Origin: Podarcis vaucheri
Taxonomy: Eukaryota
Assembly: GCA_965113315.1 (NCBI GenBank)
Contig: OZ220369.1
Direction: 5' to 3' (one strand)
DNA: 64,000 nucleotides
In this document: in pieces, positions 38,555-51,009 of the stretch
How positions within the stretch are numbered: the stretch's first letter is position 1
Layout of the letters: each line of letters begins with the position of its first letter
Notes under the pieces: generated by a model
Told to the model about the DNA's origin: nothing
The model's input: the letters and a program-made list of their open reading frames with translations, nothing else
The model's database searches: none
Position numbers and translations under genes: made by a program

Positions 38555-39490
38555 TTTTTTTATATAATAATTTTTATTACATTTTTTCCAATTACAGAAA
38601 AGACAGAAAAAAGAAAGAACATAGAAAATAGAAAAAGAAAAAAAAACAGAGAATCAAAACCATTTCAACAACTTATATCAAATTTCTATCGGACTTCCTC
38701 GCATCTCCCGCATAGTGCGTTCTTAACAATAAAATTATCAGCAAGTTATACCCTTGTTTCATGTATTTCTTTGTACTTTCAATTGCAATTTAAGTTTAAA
38801 TCCCTTATTTTCCATTTACTCTAAAAATATAGCATATTATCGTTTTTGCCCATTTAAACTTTAATTCTTTCATAAATATTATCCAATTTCATATATAATC
38901 CACTCTCGTTGCTGGGGCTAACCTTCCAAATCATACGGCATCTTAAAGTTCATATAACTTATAATACTTTTGCAAATAGTCCTTAAATTTTTTCCAGTCC
39001 TCCTCCATTGCTTCTTCTCCCAAATCTCGGATCCTGGCAGTCATCTCGGTTAGTTCCATGTAGTTCATCAGTTGCGTCTGCCAGTCCTCCAGTGTGGGCA
39101 AATCTTGAGTCTTCCAATGCTTAGCAATAAGAATTCTTGCTGCTGTGGTAGCATACATGAAAAAAGTTCGATCCTTCTTTAACACCTTCTGGCCGACAAT
39201 GCCCAGAAGGAAGGCCTCCGGTTTCTTAGGGAATGTGTACTTAAACACCTTTTTTAGCTCGTTATAAATCATTTCCCAGAAGGCCTTCACTTTTGGACAA
39301 GTCCACCAAAGATGAAAGAATGTCCCCTCAGCCTCCTTACACTTCCAACATTTATTGTCGGACAAATGGTATATCTTAGCCAGCTTGACCGGGGTCATGT
39401 ACCACCTGTATACCATTTTCATGATATTTTCTTTCAAAGCATTACATGCAGTAAACTTCATACCGGTGGTCCATAACCTCTCCCAGTCTA
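38555..39490 (-). mobile_element. 5'-truncated L1 LINE, 936 bp, inserted in an older L2 3' fragment
   Basis: Poly(A) tail (T run at 38552-38561); perfect 15-bp TSD CTGCACCGATACTTT (38540-38554 / 39491-39505); ORF2 C-terminus plus about 390 nt of 3' UTR. Confidence 0.93.
38943..39488 (-). pseudogene. L1 ORF2 C-terminal fragment (cysteine-rich zinc-knuckle region), uninterrupted
   Basis: CWKCKEAEGTFFHLWWTC (C-X2-C-X8-H-X4-C), YRWYMTP and AARILIAKHWK. The frame is open from the truncation point (DWERLWTTGMKF...) to the stop. Confidence 0.9.
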
Positions 39491-39706
39491 CTGCACCGAT
39501 ACTTTGGAACTCCCTACCCCTTGATATTAGGTCAGAGCCTTCACTATATTGTTTTTGGCACCTGCTAAAAATGCTTTTGTTTAAGCCAGACTATATGGCC
39601 ATGTATATTTCACATGTATTTTAATATGTAATTTCATTATTGAAGTGTATCTTGTAGAACTCCTGATTTTATTTTGGAATGTTTTTAGGCTAACTTGTTT
39701 TTAATA

Positions 39707-39948
39707 CAGTGATACCTCGGGTTAAGTACTTAATTCGTTCCAGAGGTCCGTTCTTAACCTGAAACTGTTCTTAACCTGAAGCACCACTTTAGCTAATGGG
39801 GTCTCCTGCTGCTGCCATGCCGCCGGAGCCCAATTTCTGTTCTTATCCTGACACAAAGTTCTTAACCTGAAGCACTATTTCTGGGTTAGTGGAGTGTGTA
39901 ACCTGAAGCATATGTAACCTGAAGCGTATGTAACCCGAGGTACCACTG
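39707..39948. mobile_element. Tc1/mariner MITE, 242 bp (second copy)
   Basis: TA|CAGTGATACCTCGG...CCGAGGTACCACTG|TA; closely similar to 36954-37195. Confidence 0.92.
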
Positions 39949-39962
39949 TATACGATTTCATT

Positions 39963-39964
<2 letters not shown>

Positions 39965-40016
<52 letters not shown>
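39965..40016. repeat. Compound (CT)n(CA)n microsatellite
   Basis: Read directly from the sequence. Confidence 0.95.
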
Positions 40017-41253
40017 GTTAGCCTAAAAACGTTCCAAAATAAAATCAGGAGTTCTACAAGATACATATACATACATACATAGCAGATAGGGATTTTGACG
40101 ATTAAGTGGTATATAAATGCTGTTGCATATTTTTTTTACTTGTTGTTTTTAAAAACAACAATATTTTCCATATGCAAATAAAGTTGCTTTAAATAAAGCC
40201 TCTTCATTGAAGTTTGTATTTATGGTGATGTATTTATTAGTCAGTTACCCAGGAAAAATCCAGGTCTCTGAAGTTATTCCCGAAGGCATGTGCTTCAAAA
40301 AGGCTGGAGAGAGAGAGAAAGAGGGAGGGAAGGAGGGAGGGAGGGAGGAAAATAAAAGGCATTAAAGAAGAGTTAAAGAGATGTAAATGTGCTAACTGAC
40401 AAGAGGAAGGTTTTCCAGATGTGAAAATCTAACGTGCACACACAATTTTCAGAGGCCATGAATGGACCTGAGGGATGATTTTACGGGTGTGATTCCAAGA
40501 TGAGCTAGACCTGAGCCACACCTCCTGAACCAGGGTCAGAAAACATCCAACCCATGAGTCTAAATGAGCTCTGGTTCATCCATTAGGTTTAGAGGGCTGT
40601 CTCAGTTGATGGTGACATTTGAGAAGCCACTGGTGCTCAATGTCACCTGTTCTAAGACAATATACCTGTGATTCACAAGTGCTGGAGTGTGGCTGGGGGA
40701 GAGGAGTTTGTGGCCTAGAGAAATTCTTGAGGACCAGACAGACATACCCAAGGGCTGCATTCGTCCCCTGGTCCTGAAGCTCTCTACCTCAAAGGTTGCA
40801 TGTCTCCACACGTTTACTGCACGAGACAATGTGACCTTTTGAGAGAAGGGCCTCCTATTGCCTTCATCCCACTGCTATCTTTGGAACCATTTTGCGAGCT
40901 GTGTCTGTTATTTGGATCCTGCTGTTGCAGGCATAGTTTTAAGTAGCTTGAAGATTTGCATGGATGGCAGGTTGCTTGTCGTTCCATGTGATCCGATGTT
41001 CCCCAGAGGTCAGCCGAGGAGTGAGATGAGAAACAAACAGGCTGAGAAATGAAGAGACAGACAAGCCTTCACCGTTCAGATAAAATTCTGAAAGCCCACA
41101 GGGCCCCGAAGCTTTCATTTTTCACCCAGATTTTTGAGTTCTAGAATTGCTAAGAATTTGCATTCAGGATATAAAGCCGGAGCCCAAAATAAACACAGAC
41201 ATGACCGTAGCGATCGCCTTGTGATCTGACGAAGAGTCTGTCTTACGCAGTAT

Positions 41254-41605
41254 CAGACCCTCCAAGCGTCCCTATTTTCCAGGGGTACCCCTGATTTAGA
41301 GAAGCCATCCCGGTTTCTGATTTGATCTCAGAATGTCCCGCTTTTCCTTAGGACATTCTTATTTTCAGTGGAGAAATGTTGGAGGCTATGGAGTTATCTG
41401 ATCCCCTGAACCGTCTAAAGGCAATCCTGTATAGGAAAGGGTTGTTTTTTAAAAAATGTTTAATGTTTTATTGTGTTTTTATATATATTGGAAGCTGCCA
41501 AGAGTGGCTGGAGCAGCCTAGTAAGATGTATGGGGTATAAATAGTAAAATTATCATTATGGAATGGGATGTCCCTATTTTCATTGAATAAATGTTGGAGG
41601 GTATG
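41254..41605. mobile_element. Composite non-autonomous DNA transposon carrying an L2 3' tail (copy 2)
   Basis: CAGACCCTCCAA / TTGGAGGGTATG; flanks CAGTAT / CAGTAG; same internal layout as 36349-36710. Confidence 0.75.
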
Positions 41606-41674
41606 CAGTAGCCCTCAGCATTTATGCAGCTGTTTTAAGTCACATCCACACCACCTTACATTTAAAGCACTCTG

Positions 41675-41722
<48 letters not shown>

Positions 41723-42005
41723 CCGCCCATCTGGCTAGGTTTCCCCAGCAACTCTGGGCGGCTTCCAACAAAATATTAAAATACAATAATTCACCAAATA
41801 TTAAAAGCTTCCCTAAACAGGGCTGCCTTCAGATGTCTTCTAAAAGTCAGATAGTTGTTTATTTCTTGGACATCTGGTAGGAGGGTGGGTACCACAACTG
41901 AGAAGACCCTCTGCCTGGTTCCCTGTAACTTCACTTCTCACAGTGAGGGAACCTCCAGAAGGCCCTCAGCGCTGTCCGGGCAGAACAATGGGGGTGGACC
42001 TTCAG
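41675..42005 (-). mobile_element. L2 3' fragment with (TAA)n tail, inserted in a Harbinger-like MITE (about 41640-42298)
   Basis: (TTA)n at 41675-41720, then sequence closely matching 4280-4560. The MITE sequence resumes on both sides. Confidence 0.8.
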
Positions 42006-43329
42006 GTAGCCACTTTAACAGTCATGGCATCCCCCAAGGAATCCTGGGAGCTAAAATTTGTTAAGGGCATTGAGTATCCCCTGTTCCCCACCCAGAATGA
42101 CAATTCCCGGAGTTCGCTGGTAAGAGGGATTGATTGTGAAGCCACTGTGGGAATTGTAGCTTGTGATGGGAATAGGGGTCTCCTCACATTTCTCAGTACT
42201 ATTAACAAACTACACTTCCCAAGTTTCTTGGGGGGGGGGAGTCATAACTGTTTAAAGTGATGTAAGAGTGCTTTAAACATGTAGTCAAGATGGGGGCCAG
42301 AGTTACAATTTCCAGCACCTTTAATAAACTACAGTTCCCATGGTTATTTGAGGGAAATAGAGTGGAATATAGCACATGTATGTATATTTGCTATTTGAAA
42401 AAACCCCACACAAAACCCATTGGCAAGTAATGTGGAAATGAGTAGTATACTTGCACTGTATTCCACTATATTTCTAGAAGAAGCTTTTGCATTGTGTGAA
42501 AGCTCAAATTAACAGGGGAATGTTGGTAAAACGGGATAAACTGTCACGTGAATGTAGCCAAAGCACATATCTGGAGGGCAAAGGCTCATCACCCCTGTTC
42601 CAAAATGTGTACCAGGTTTCAAGTGAGGCAGAGAAATCATTTTTCTTAAAATGGTAGCTAAATGTGCTGCTTGGCTTTTAGTTGGGGTGTATTTATTTAG
42701 CACTCATTTCTATGAATGCATTCATTGATTTTTTAATTAAGATTTAGAGGTTAACCACCGTGTTTTTCAAAGAACAGTAATATATGGTCTCATCTGCTGT
42801 TATGGCTAGCTGTAAACTATCAGTATATAATAATTTTATTTGCAGAGCGTTCTACCCTTCACCCGACACACACTCTCCCTCCCACTCATAATAATAATAT
42901 TTTTTGTTGTTGTTTCATCTGTTTAAACAGCTATAATATCAGTTTGAGCCATTTAAGACTTCCTCTCATTAAACTCAGGAGTTATGCCACCATCAGTCAT
43001 TTTCTAAGGTGTAATCACTTAAACGATAAAAATAGCTTATTACAGCAGCAAGTTCAGGCCGCTGGAGTAAAAGGAGACTCAGCATTTCCCATTACAAATC
43101 TCATTATTGAGGAGTTTACAGTTTGGTTGTTAAAAAATAAATAAAATAAAGTGAGAGGAAAAATGAAATATGTCACATGCTGGGACTCTTATTGTCTTGC
43201 TCTAGAGGTGATGTATTAATCTACCCCATCCCATTACAACCGCTTCAAAGAAAAGCCGTGAAGGGCCCTAAACTCCCCTTCTGCCCAATAAAATTACTGA
43301 GAGAAGATGAAAAGCTGCAGTTGGAACGT

Positions 43330-44166
43330 ACAGGACAGCAACATACAGGGTCAATGAAGGCCATTGTGGGAATGGAGAAACATCTATGCATGATATGGAG
43401 AAAGTGGATGGAGAAAAGGTTTCTCTCTCACATAACACTAGAACATCCATCTAACAGGACTGAATGTTGGAAGATGGACTTCTTCATGGAGCACACAGTT
43501 AGACTAAGGAATAAGCTCCCACAGGAGGCAGTGATGACCACCAACTTGTTGTTGTTGTTTAGTCGTTTAGTCATGTCCAACTCTTCGTGACCCCATGGAC
43601 CAGAGCACGCCAGGCACCTCTGTCCTCCACTGCCTCCCGCAGTTTGGTCAAACTCATGCTGGTAACCTCGAAAACACTATCCAACCATCTCGTCCTCTGT
43701 CGCCCCCTTCTCCTTGTGCCCTCCATCTTTCCCAGCATCAGGGTCTTCTCCAGGGAGTCTTCTCTTCTCATGAGGTGGCCAAAGTACTGGAGCCTCAGCT
43801 TCAGGATCTGTCCTTCCAGTGAGCACTCAGGGCTGATTTCCTTAAGAAAGGAGAGGTTTGATCTTCTTGCAGTCCATGGGACTCTCAAAAGTCTCCTCCA
43901 GCACCATAATTCAAAAGCACCCATTCTTCGGCGATCAGCCTTCTGCCACCAACTTGGATGGGGACTGGACAAATTCGTGGAGAGGGCTGTCAAAGGCTAC
44001 TAGCCGTGATGGCTGTGCATAGTTAGAGGGAACAATGCTTTTGAATACCAGTTGCTTGAAACTCCAGGAGGTCTCTTGTGCTCAGCAGGTTTCTGTCCAC
44101 CAAGGAACAGGATACTGGACTAGATGGGCCATTGGCCTCATCCAACAGGCTCTTCTCATGTTCTTA
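43330..44166 (+). mobile_element. CR1 3' fragment interrupted by Bov-B
   Basis: LRNKLPQEAVMTTNL|DG motif split by the insertion; CR1 3' UTR ending CATGTTCTTAG. Confidence 0.75.
43549..43945 (-). mobile_element. Bov-B (RTE) LINE 3' fragment with open ORF C-terminus
   Basis: KADRRRMGAFELWCWRRLLRVPWTARRSN...LEGQILKLRLQYFGHLMRREDSLEKTLMLGKMEG...RGRQRTRWLD; (CAA)n tail; 11-bp TSD CCACCAACTTG (43538-43548 / 43946-43956). Confidence 0.95.
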
Positions 44167-44169
44167 GGT

Positions 44170-44627
44170 TAAAGATTGAAGAGAATTTTTCTTCAGTTCA
44201 CTTTTAAGAGCTTAAGAAGAGCCAGCTGTGGAGGTAGAGCATGGCTATTGTGGCTAGCAGCTATTGGTTTAAGGGTAAACCTGCCAAATCCACACTTTCT
44301 TAAACAATCTGCGAACCACTACCTTTCACAACACACTTGTCTCTGACTGTTCCAGCCAAACAATGTCTGCAAATGAACACATTTGGGGGTCAAGCGTGCA
44401 TAAGAATGCACACATTAGGGGAAAGAACATTCCAAAATGAATTTTATTCAGGGACATTGCTTTGTAAACACACGTATATTAGGGGAAATTCACACAAAAA
44501 GACTGATGAATTTTCGCAAGGACTTCATATTTAAATCACAGTGATGTGGAAATGTTGAGAACTGAACTTAAGAATGGAACAGTGAGAAATGGAGAGAAAT
44601 GGAAACCAAAAGATTTGCCCATCCCTC
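44170..44627. mobile_element. Old interspersed repeat (probable non-autonomous DNA transposon ending ...GCCCATCCCT)
   Basis: Homologous pieces at about 31150-31465, 51830-52132 and 60040-60450 (shared motifs TGATGTGGAAAT and ATTTGCCCATC). Confidence 0.55.
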
Positions 44628-46764
44628 ACTTCCATGTGTTTACATGGAAGTAAGCCACATTCAGTTCAACAGCACTCTCAGGTATGTGTCTCTAAGACTG
44701 CAGTCTTAGTTGCCTTTTTATGTATATGCATAATAACCAGAACAATGATCATGACCAAGTAGTATTTGAGAGTGTCTGCTGCATGGAGATGGTAGGCAGA
44801 ATAGGGGAGGGAAAAATAAATAGATTTTGACTGACTAATCTTTTGCTTTCTGATGTGGCTTTTACACTTTGAAATATTCAAGGCTCCCACATGTTGCTGG
44901 GGAAAGTGGTGCACGCCACACATCCCGTTGATCCTTATACTTTAATCTCTCTTTAATTGCTGTGGTCAAGTTACCCCACACTTAATAACCCGCAGCTTGG
45001 TATATTATTTAATATGGTTGACACATACTTTGTCTGAAATGTCAGCGCCGGTAGAAGCCCCGGAGTTGGAAACGCCGCTCATGATGGATGGCAGAAGAGC
45101 TGCATCATCTGTTCTTTGTCTGCAATGTTATGTTGGCTGCAATTTTTTTTTGTTTTAATACTGTGACACTCAAGTTGGTGCCAAAGTCAAAGCTACTGAG
45201 CGAGTAATGTTATCCCCTTGCTTCTGACGTTGGCAGCTAAACATTCTCCACTTCCTTGGCTGTGGTTTCCCCTCCCCTCTTCTTCTTCTCCTCGTCTTCT
45301 TCTTCTTCCCAGGAACGTGTAATGGTATATCGCTCAAGTCTCCAGCATTGTTTCAAACAGGTTGATTTAATTATTTCTTCACCCGGTGGCTCCCCACCCC
45401 CTCTTTTTGTTACAAAATGGCTTACACCATGCCATACTTTTTGTCTCATTATGTTATTTACACCAGAGACAGGAATAGCATCTGTTGGGCAAAGAATATA
45501 CACTTGTAAAGTGGCCTGGATACTAATTTGCACAAACAGCAACTGAGACCTGGGGAAGGCTGTTAAATTTCAGCACGTCAGTTTCTTGTACGTTTCAAAC
45601 GTGGCTTTGCCTTTCCTTATTGCCACAAACCAAACAACCAGAAAAGAGTGAGGAAGCGGATACCATGTTCTAGGCCTGTATTAATATAAATGTCAATGAC
45701 ACTATAGATTAGGGCTCAAGCCCAGCGATAGCCAAGGGGGTGCCCTCCATATGCTGTTGGACTACAACTCCCATAATCCCAGTTCATTGGCCACACTGGC
45801 TGGGGATGATACGAGTTGTAGTCCACACCTGAAGGGCACCATGTTGACAATCCTGTTCTAGGCAAACCAGATCACCTGTTCCATTCACTCTCTATTGTCC
45901 ACAGACCAGAACTTTTCTACTCAGTCACTTGCTGATGACATATTTTCTTTCCAAATATGGGATGAATACCGCTGATGGTGCTGTTTATGAGATTTCTAAA
46001 ATGCAAATCAGCTGCCAATCCTGAAAGAATCAAGGAAAGCAGGTTAAACTCACCAGCTAAAAAATCAAGACTACAAAATTGGAGAGCATTAAGAAAGTGT
46101 GTAGCAGCATTATTTACCATTTTATTTTTTTTTTAATTCTGGGATCTCACCTTCAAGTTTTGAGAGGATCTCTGGGGCCACCATACATTAAAACAAAGTT
46201 GGGGCTTTTACCACTACGTTCAGCTGCATACAGAGACAGCTGTGATTATCCATTCTTTTTAATTCTAAATTTTAATTTGTTGTAACCCACCCTGGGACTT
46301 GCCAGTGAAGGAGGCTAATAAATTTAATCATAATCATAACAGTGTTCTAAGGAGAATGTTGTCACACTTCTGTGTCAGTACACTGCTAACCCCCCCCAAA
46401 AACATTTCTCCTATTGTTTTATTTATTAGCTTCCCTCCCACTTTTTATCCCCCCTTTCAATTATTGTCTCCCAATAATTGGGAAATGCCGATGCCCTCAT
46501 TCCTCATCACCATGCTTCAACATTTGATCCAGACTTGTGTGAAGCATCTCCTCTAAAATGGTTTACATATAAAGTGATGGGGAATTGCACCGAAGGCCCC
46601 ATTCGTAGTTTGCACCATTGGCATACACAGGTCGCCACTTGGTGCTGCTGTTCTCAACTGATGAACAGGCATGCATGGAGCTGCGCCAGCCAAGAATAGA
46701 GGTGGCTAACCTGTGGCTGTGCAGAAGTTGTGGGACTAAAACTCCCATCATCCCTGACCACTGC

Positions 46765-46835
46765 TGAGCGAAGACAACACCATGCTGGAATGCCTGTAGA
46801 GTCGCAGAACAATTTATTCAGTAGCTTTTACAGAT
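46765..46835. repeat. 71-bp dispersed direct repeat, copy 1
   Basis: 69 of 71 identical to 51716-51786. Confidence 0.9.
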
Positions 46836-49800
46836 ATCTAGAATATATTCCAAACATCTCACATTGCTGATGTGTTTTTAGTTTACAGCTGGTTTTAATT
46901 TTCTGAATCTTGTAATTGCTTTCTGTAAGCTGCTTTGAGGCTTCTTCTTCTTCTTCTTGCAATTGAGCAGTACATAAATTCTATGAAATAAATAATAAAA
47001 ACCTTCAGTGCCACCGGTTAGCCATCCACGAACTAGAGAAATACACGCAATATCTGCTGGAGAAATGTTGGCAAAGTATACGTAAAACGGGAGGGGAGCT
47101 TGAAAAACAATGGGATGGGGATAGAAAGACATAAAAGCAGATCTGTCTGGAAATGAAGGAGGTCACTTTCAGTGGTGTAGCTATCAGTGCAAAGAAGAGG
47201 AGAAAGTGTAACAGGAGCAAAGGAAGATAACTGTAGGGAGGTGACATTGATACTGCACTTGCAAAATCTTGCCTAACAGGTGGGTGGAGTGGAGTTGACT
47301 TAGATGGGCACAGAGTTAAGGTGTTTGCAAGAATAGCTTAGACTGTGGGAAAAGAGGATTAGAAAATTAGTGCAATCCAATATATGTTTACTCAAAAGTA
47401 AACCCCATTGACTTCATTGTGGCTTAATCCCAGCTAAGGAGACTGGAGCTTTGAATGCATTCTCCAGTCAACATTCCCTTTAACCAGACTCTTGCCTTTT
47501 ACATGCAACGTGTGCATTTAACATATGCACAGTCAGCTTTACACATGTGACAATATTTTAAAAATAAAATTAAAAGGGGGTGGGGTTCTGGGAAAGATGA
47601 CTTTGGCAACCCCACCCGCCACTGAACCCAATAGGTCTTGACTATACATGAGTTTGGCTTTAGGAGTGATCCACAGAATGTAAACCACCCCCTGTGTAAA
47701 TTGTAAGCCTAATATATACTATATGTTATATGATAACCTCAGTTTCCAAAGTTTATTTCCATCCTCTAGCTTTCCCTGCCTGCTCTCTCAAGCTTCCTTG
47801 TGCCAAGGAGGGCATTCTGCTGACACTGAGAGCAGCTCTCCATGGTTTCAGACTTAAGTTTCTCCCAACCCTAAGTGGAGATGCCGAGGACTGAACCTGA
47901 GCCCTTTTGCATGCAAAACAAATGCTCTACCACTGAGCCCTTTCCCTTAATGTGCAGCATTGCATTAGAATAGGAACATGAAAAGCTGCCTTATACTGAG
48001 TCATACCATTGGTCCATCTCACTCAGTATTGTCTACACTGATTGGTAGCAACTCTCCAGGTTTTCATTCAGGCAGGTGTTTCTCTCAACCCTACCTAGAG
48101 ATTGAACCTGAGACCTTCTTCATGCAAGGCCTTCTTCACTCCAACTGTCGCTATTTTACCAGGACAGCCACTACCATGGATTCTGTCTTTATCATAGAAA
48201 GTGCCTGATTAAGAGAACTCTATAGGAAGTGGGCACTGGGTACGGCAAAGTGGGGTCAGATGGTGGGCAAGTGGTGTTGCCACTGCTCCCCGTTGCTGGG
48301 TCTTGCCACCAGCAAAGCAGCCCCCTTGCCATTGCTTCCGCTGCCTCTGCCCTCCCTCTCCAACCACCTTGTCCTGATTTTCTTTGCCCAAATGTTGGAA
48401 GGTGTGTGGGAGCCCTAATGGCATGGAATATGCTTTGCCATCAGCCAGGGCATCAAAGGCCACACTGGAAAGCTGTTCCCTTGCCTCCTGGGAAGAATAT
48501 CATGGCAAAGTGGAGACCAACTGGGCTTTGGGTGAAGCTTGCTCACCACCTCTCTTCCTGGAAAGAAAACTCACAAAAACTTTGAACCATACTCAAGTTC
48601 CAGAGATTGCTTTTTACCTCATCCCTCTCATTTCCTTTTCCTTTTGTGTTGCGTCTTTTAGACTATAGGCCTTGCGGTAAGAACTGTTATACTAATGATC
48701 TCCGTAAGCTGCTCTGACAGCTTCCCCCCCCACTCTGAAGAGCAGGTTAAAAATACTACTTAAGTAGCTAAGTAACTACTTTTTTGCCAATAAGGAAACA
48801 TCTGTGCCTCTGACAGTGTTTAAAAGGGCTAACGAAAAACTGAACCCAGACAGCATGGCATAAAAATAGCTGGACTATTGCTTCTTTGACCCCTCTTTTA
48901 TTAAAATAAAATTTATTAGTATGGAAGTGTGTGTGTTTTTTATAAAAGAAAAAGTGTTGCAAAACCTGTTCTCCACCACACTCCTGGTTTGCTAGCACCC
49001 ATCACGCAAAAACAAAGAATTGTGTTTTTTAAAAAGAAAGGTAGAAACATTTGTGTTTGATTTGCTAACTTCAGCATAATCCAGCAAAAACATCAGCACC
49101 ACCTGTGATATGAGGATCAGATTTATTATCATCTTCTCAGGGATTGCGACAGACTTGCCTGGCCCCACCCGCCTCTTAATAAATCAGGTGCTGAAACTAC
49201 TTCTAAGGAGTGCAGTGCTGGGAAGAGAGCAGGGGGATCAAAGACACCAACTCAGCTGAAGTGGCCACTTGACCTTTTCTCAGAGCCAAAAGGGTGCAGA
49301 GAATTACAAAAAAAAAAATAAGGCTTGAGATCATTCACAATGGGCATGATTGTGAGATTCAAGAGATTATAGATTAATTCAGGGAAGAGAGGAGGCAACT
49401 AGCTATGATACAGAATGGCAAAAATCCATGATCCTGACTTGTCGGGATGGAAAAGCTGTGGTTCTCTGGATGTTGTTCGACTCCAACTCCCATCAGCCAG
49501 TGTGGCCAATGGTCATGGTTATGGGAGTTGTAGTCCAGCAACAGCTAGAGGGCCACATCTTCTCTGTCCCTGCCAAAATGTTCCTAGAAGATATGCCACT
49601 TGATGTGGGCCACAGGTGAGAAACCATGGTGGTGTTGACTTCATATTTTGCTTGTTGATTTCCTGGAGTCATCTGATGGTCTGCTGTTGGAAGCATGTTG
49701 CTAGGCTAGAGCGTATCTTTTGATCACACCCAGCTGAGCTCTTGTTGTGACTGCAAGGAGTGAATCAGGTTGAAATGTTGGAATTAAGACCAAATAGCAT

Positions 49801-50708
49801 TGGAATGCAAGAACTGAAATGGCTTACTATCTCACATTGACCAATGATTATTTTTTGCAGAGAATAAACTTGGTTTGCACACATGCTTAAACACCTGTTG
49901 TGGGGATTCATGGAGGAGGGGGGAAACCATGTAAGCCACCCTTGAGCTCCTTGGGGGTTAAGGTGACAAATAAATGCAATATTTATCAGCATCAGCATCT
50001 AACATCAATTGACCAATTATGCACCAATGGTGATCCAGCACTTCTCCTTCTCCTTCACCTGTAAGCTGACTTGCAGAAAGAATATTTATATGGTGGCAAC
50101 TTTACAGGGATCATATTTTCACAGGCATTAGCTGTACTTCAACATTACACACACAAACACACAGAGACAGCATCAACCGGCTTTTCCTCCATGTCACTGA
50201 GTCTCCCATTTTTGTTTAAGTTCTTCACGTTCTTTGACTAGAGGGTTGTGACAGGAGACAAGCTGTTGTGATGAGTCTTGCCTCTGTGTTAGCTGTGCTT
50301 TTCAATTACAGAGAGAGCCAGCTCAATTAAAAGAAGAATATTCTGTACCTACATATGCATCAACCGGGCAATAACATTAATTTCTTGTCATAGGCAGGGA
50401 TGGGCCACTGCATTCCATGTTCCCCAGGTCTGATGTACTCTGCAAACAATGGTACAGAAACAAGAAAAGTGTTCAGAAGCACAGACGAAAACCCACAAGG
50501 TGATCAGGCTCTGGCTTAACCAAATAGGCACCACTGAATGGTCTATTTGCTGAATGGATCAGGACACATCCAACCAAGATATTTAAAGCACTCTTATAGC
50601 ATTTTAATGGTCATGGCCTCCCTGCAAAATCATGGGAACTCACATTAGTTAAGGGTGCTGACCACACAGAGATACAGTTCCCAGCACCCTTAGCACCTCA
50701 TGGAGCTT

Positions 50709-50853
50709 TCTGGGATAGTTCAGTCAATAGAGCATGAGACTCTTAATCTCAGGGTCATGGGTTTAAGCTCCATGTTGGGCAAAAAGATTCCTGCATTGCA
50801 AGGAGTTGGACTAGATGACCCTTATGGTCCTTTCCAACTCTTCAATTATATGA
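50709..50853 (+). mobile_element. tRNA-Lys(CTT)-derived SINE with a CR1-type tail
   Basis: TAGAGCATGAGACTCTTAATCTCAGGGTC matches the vertebrate tRNA-Lys-CTT anticodon arm. The acceptor stem and T-loop are mutated. Followed by GTTGGACTAGATGACC...TTCCAACTC (CR1 3' end). Confidence 0.85.
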
Positions 50854-51009
50854 CTGCAGTTCCCAGGATCCTCAATGACTGTTAGAGGGGTAAAAATGAT
50901 ACACAATAAAATTTTGATGTCTCTACCACATCTCCCTCTCCCCCTCTCTGTGTGTGCATATAATAAAAATATAAGAATGTCATCACACTGTATTTCACTT
51001 GGACACAGA

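Noticed and set aside
41225-41245. Hammerhead ribozyme core (CTGACGA; also CTGATGA near 58328)
   Set aside because: I could not find a matching GAAA core and the three helices by eye.
43946-43993. N-terminal extension MTALSTNLSSPHPSWW of the Bov-B ORF as a fusion protein
   Set aside because: It is antisense CR1 flank plus TSD read through by chance, with no promoter or Kozak support.
50709-50781. Functional tRNA-Lys(CTT) gene
   Set aside because: The acceptor stem and T-loop are mutated (GGTTTAAG), and the sequence runs into a CR1-type tail, so it is a SINE head.
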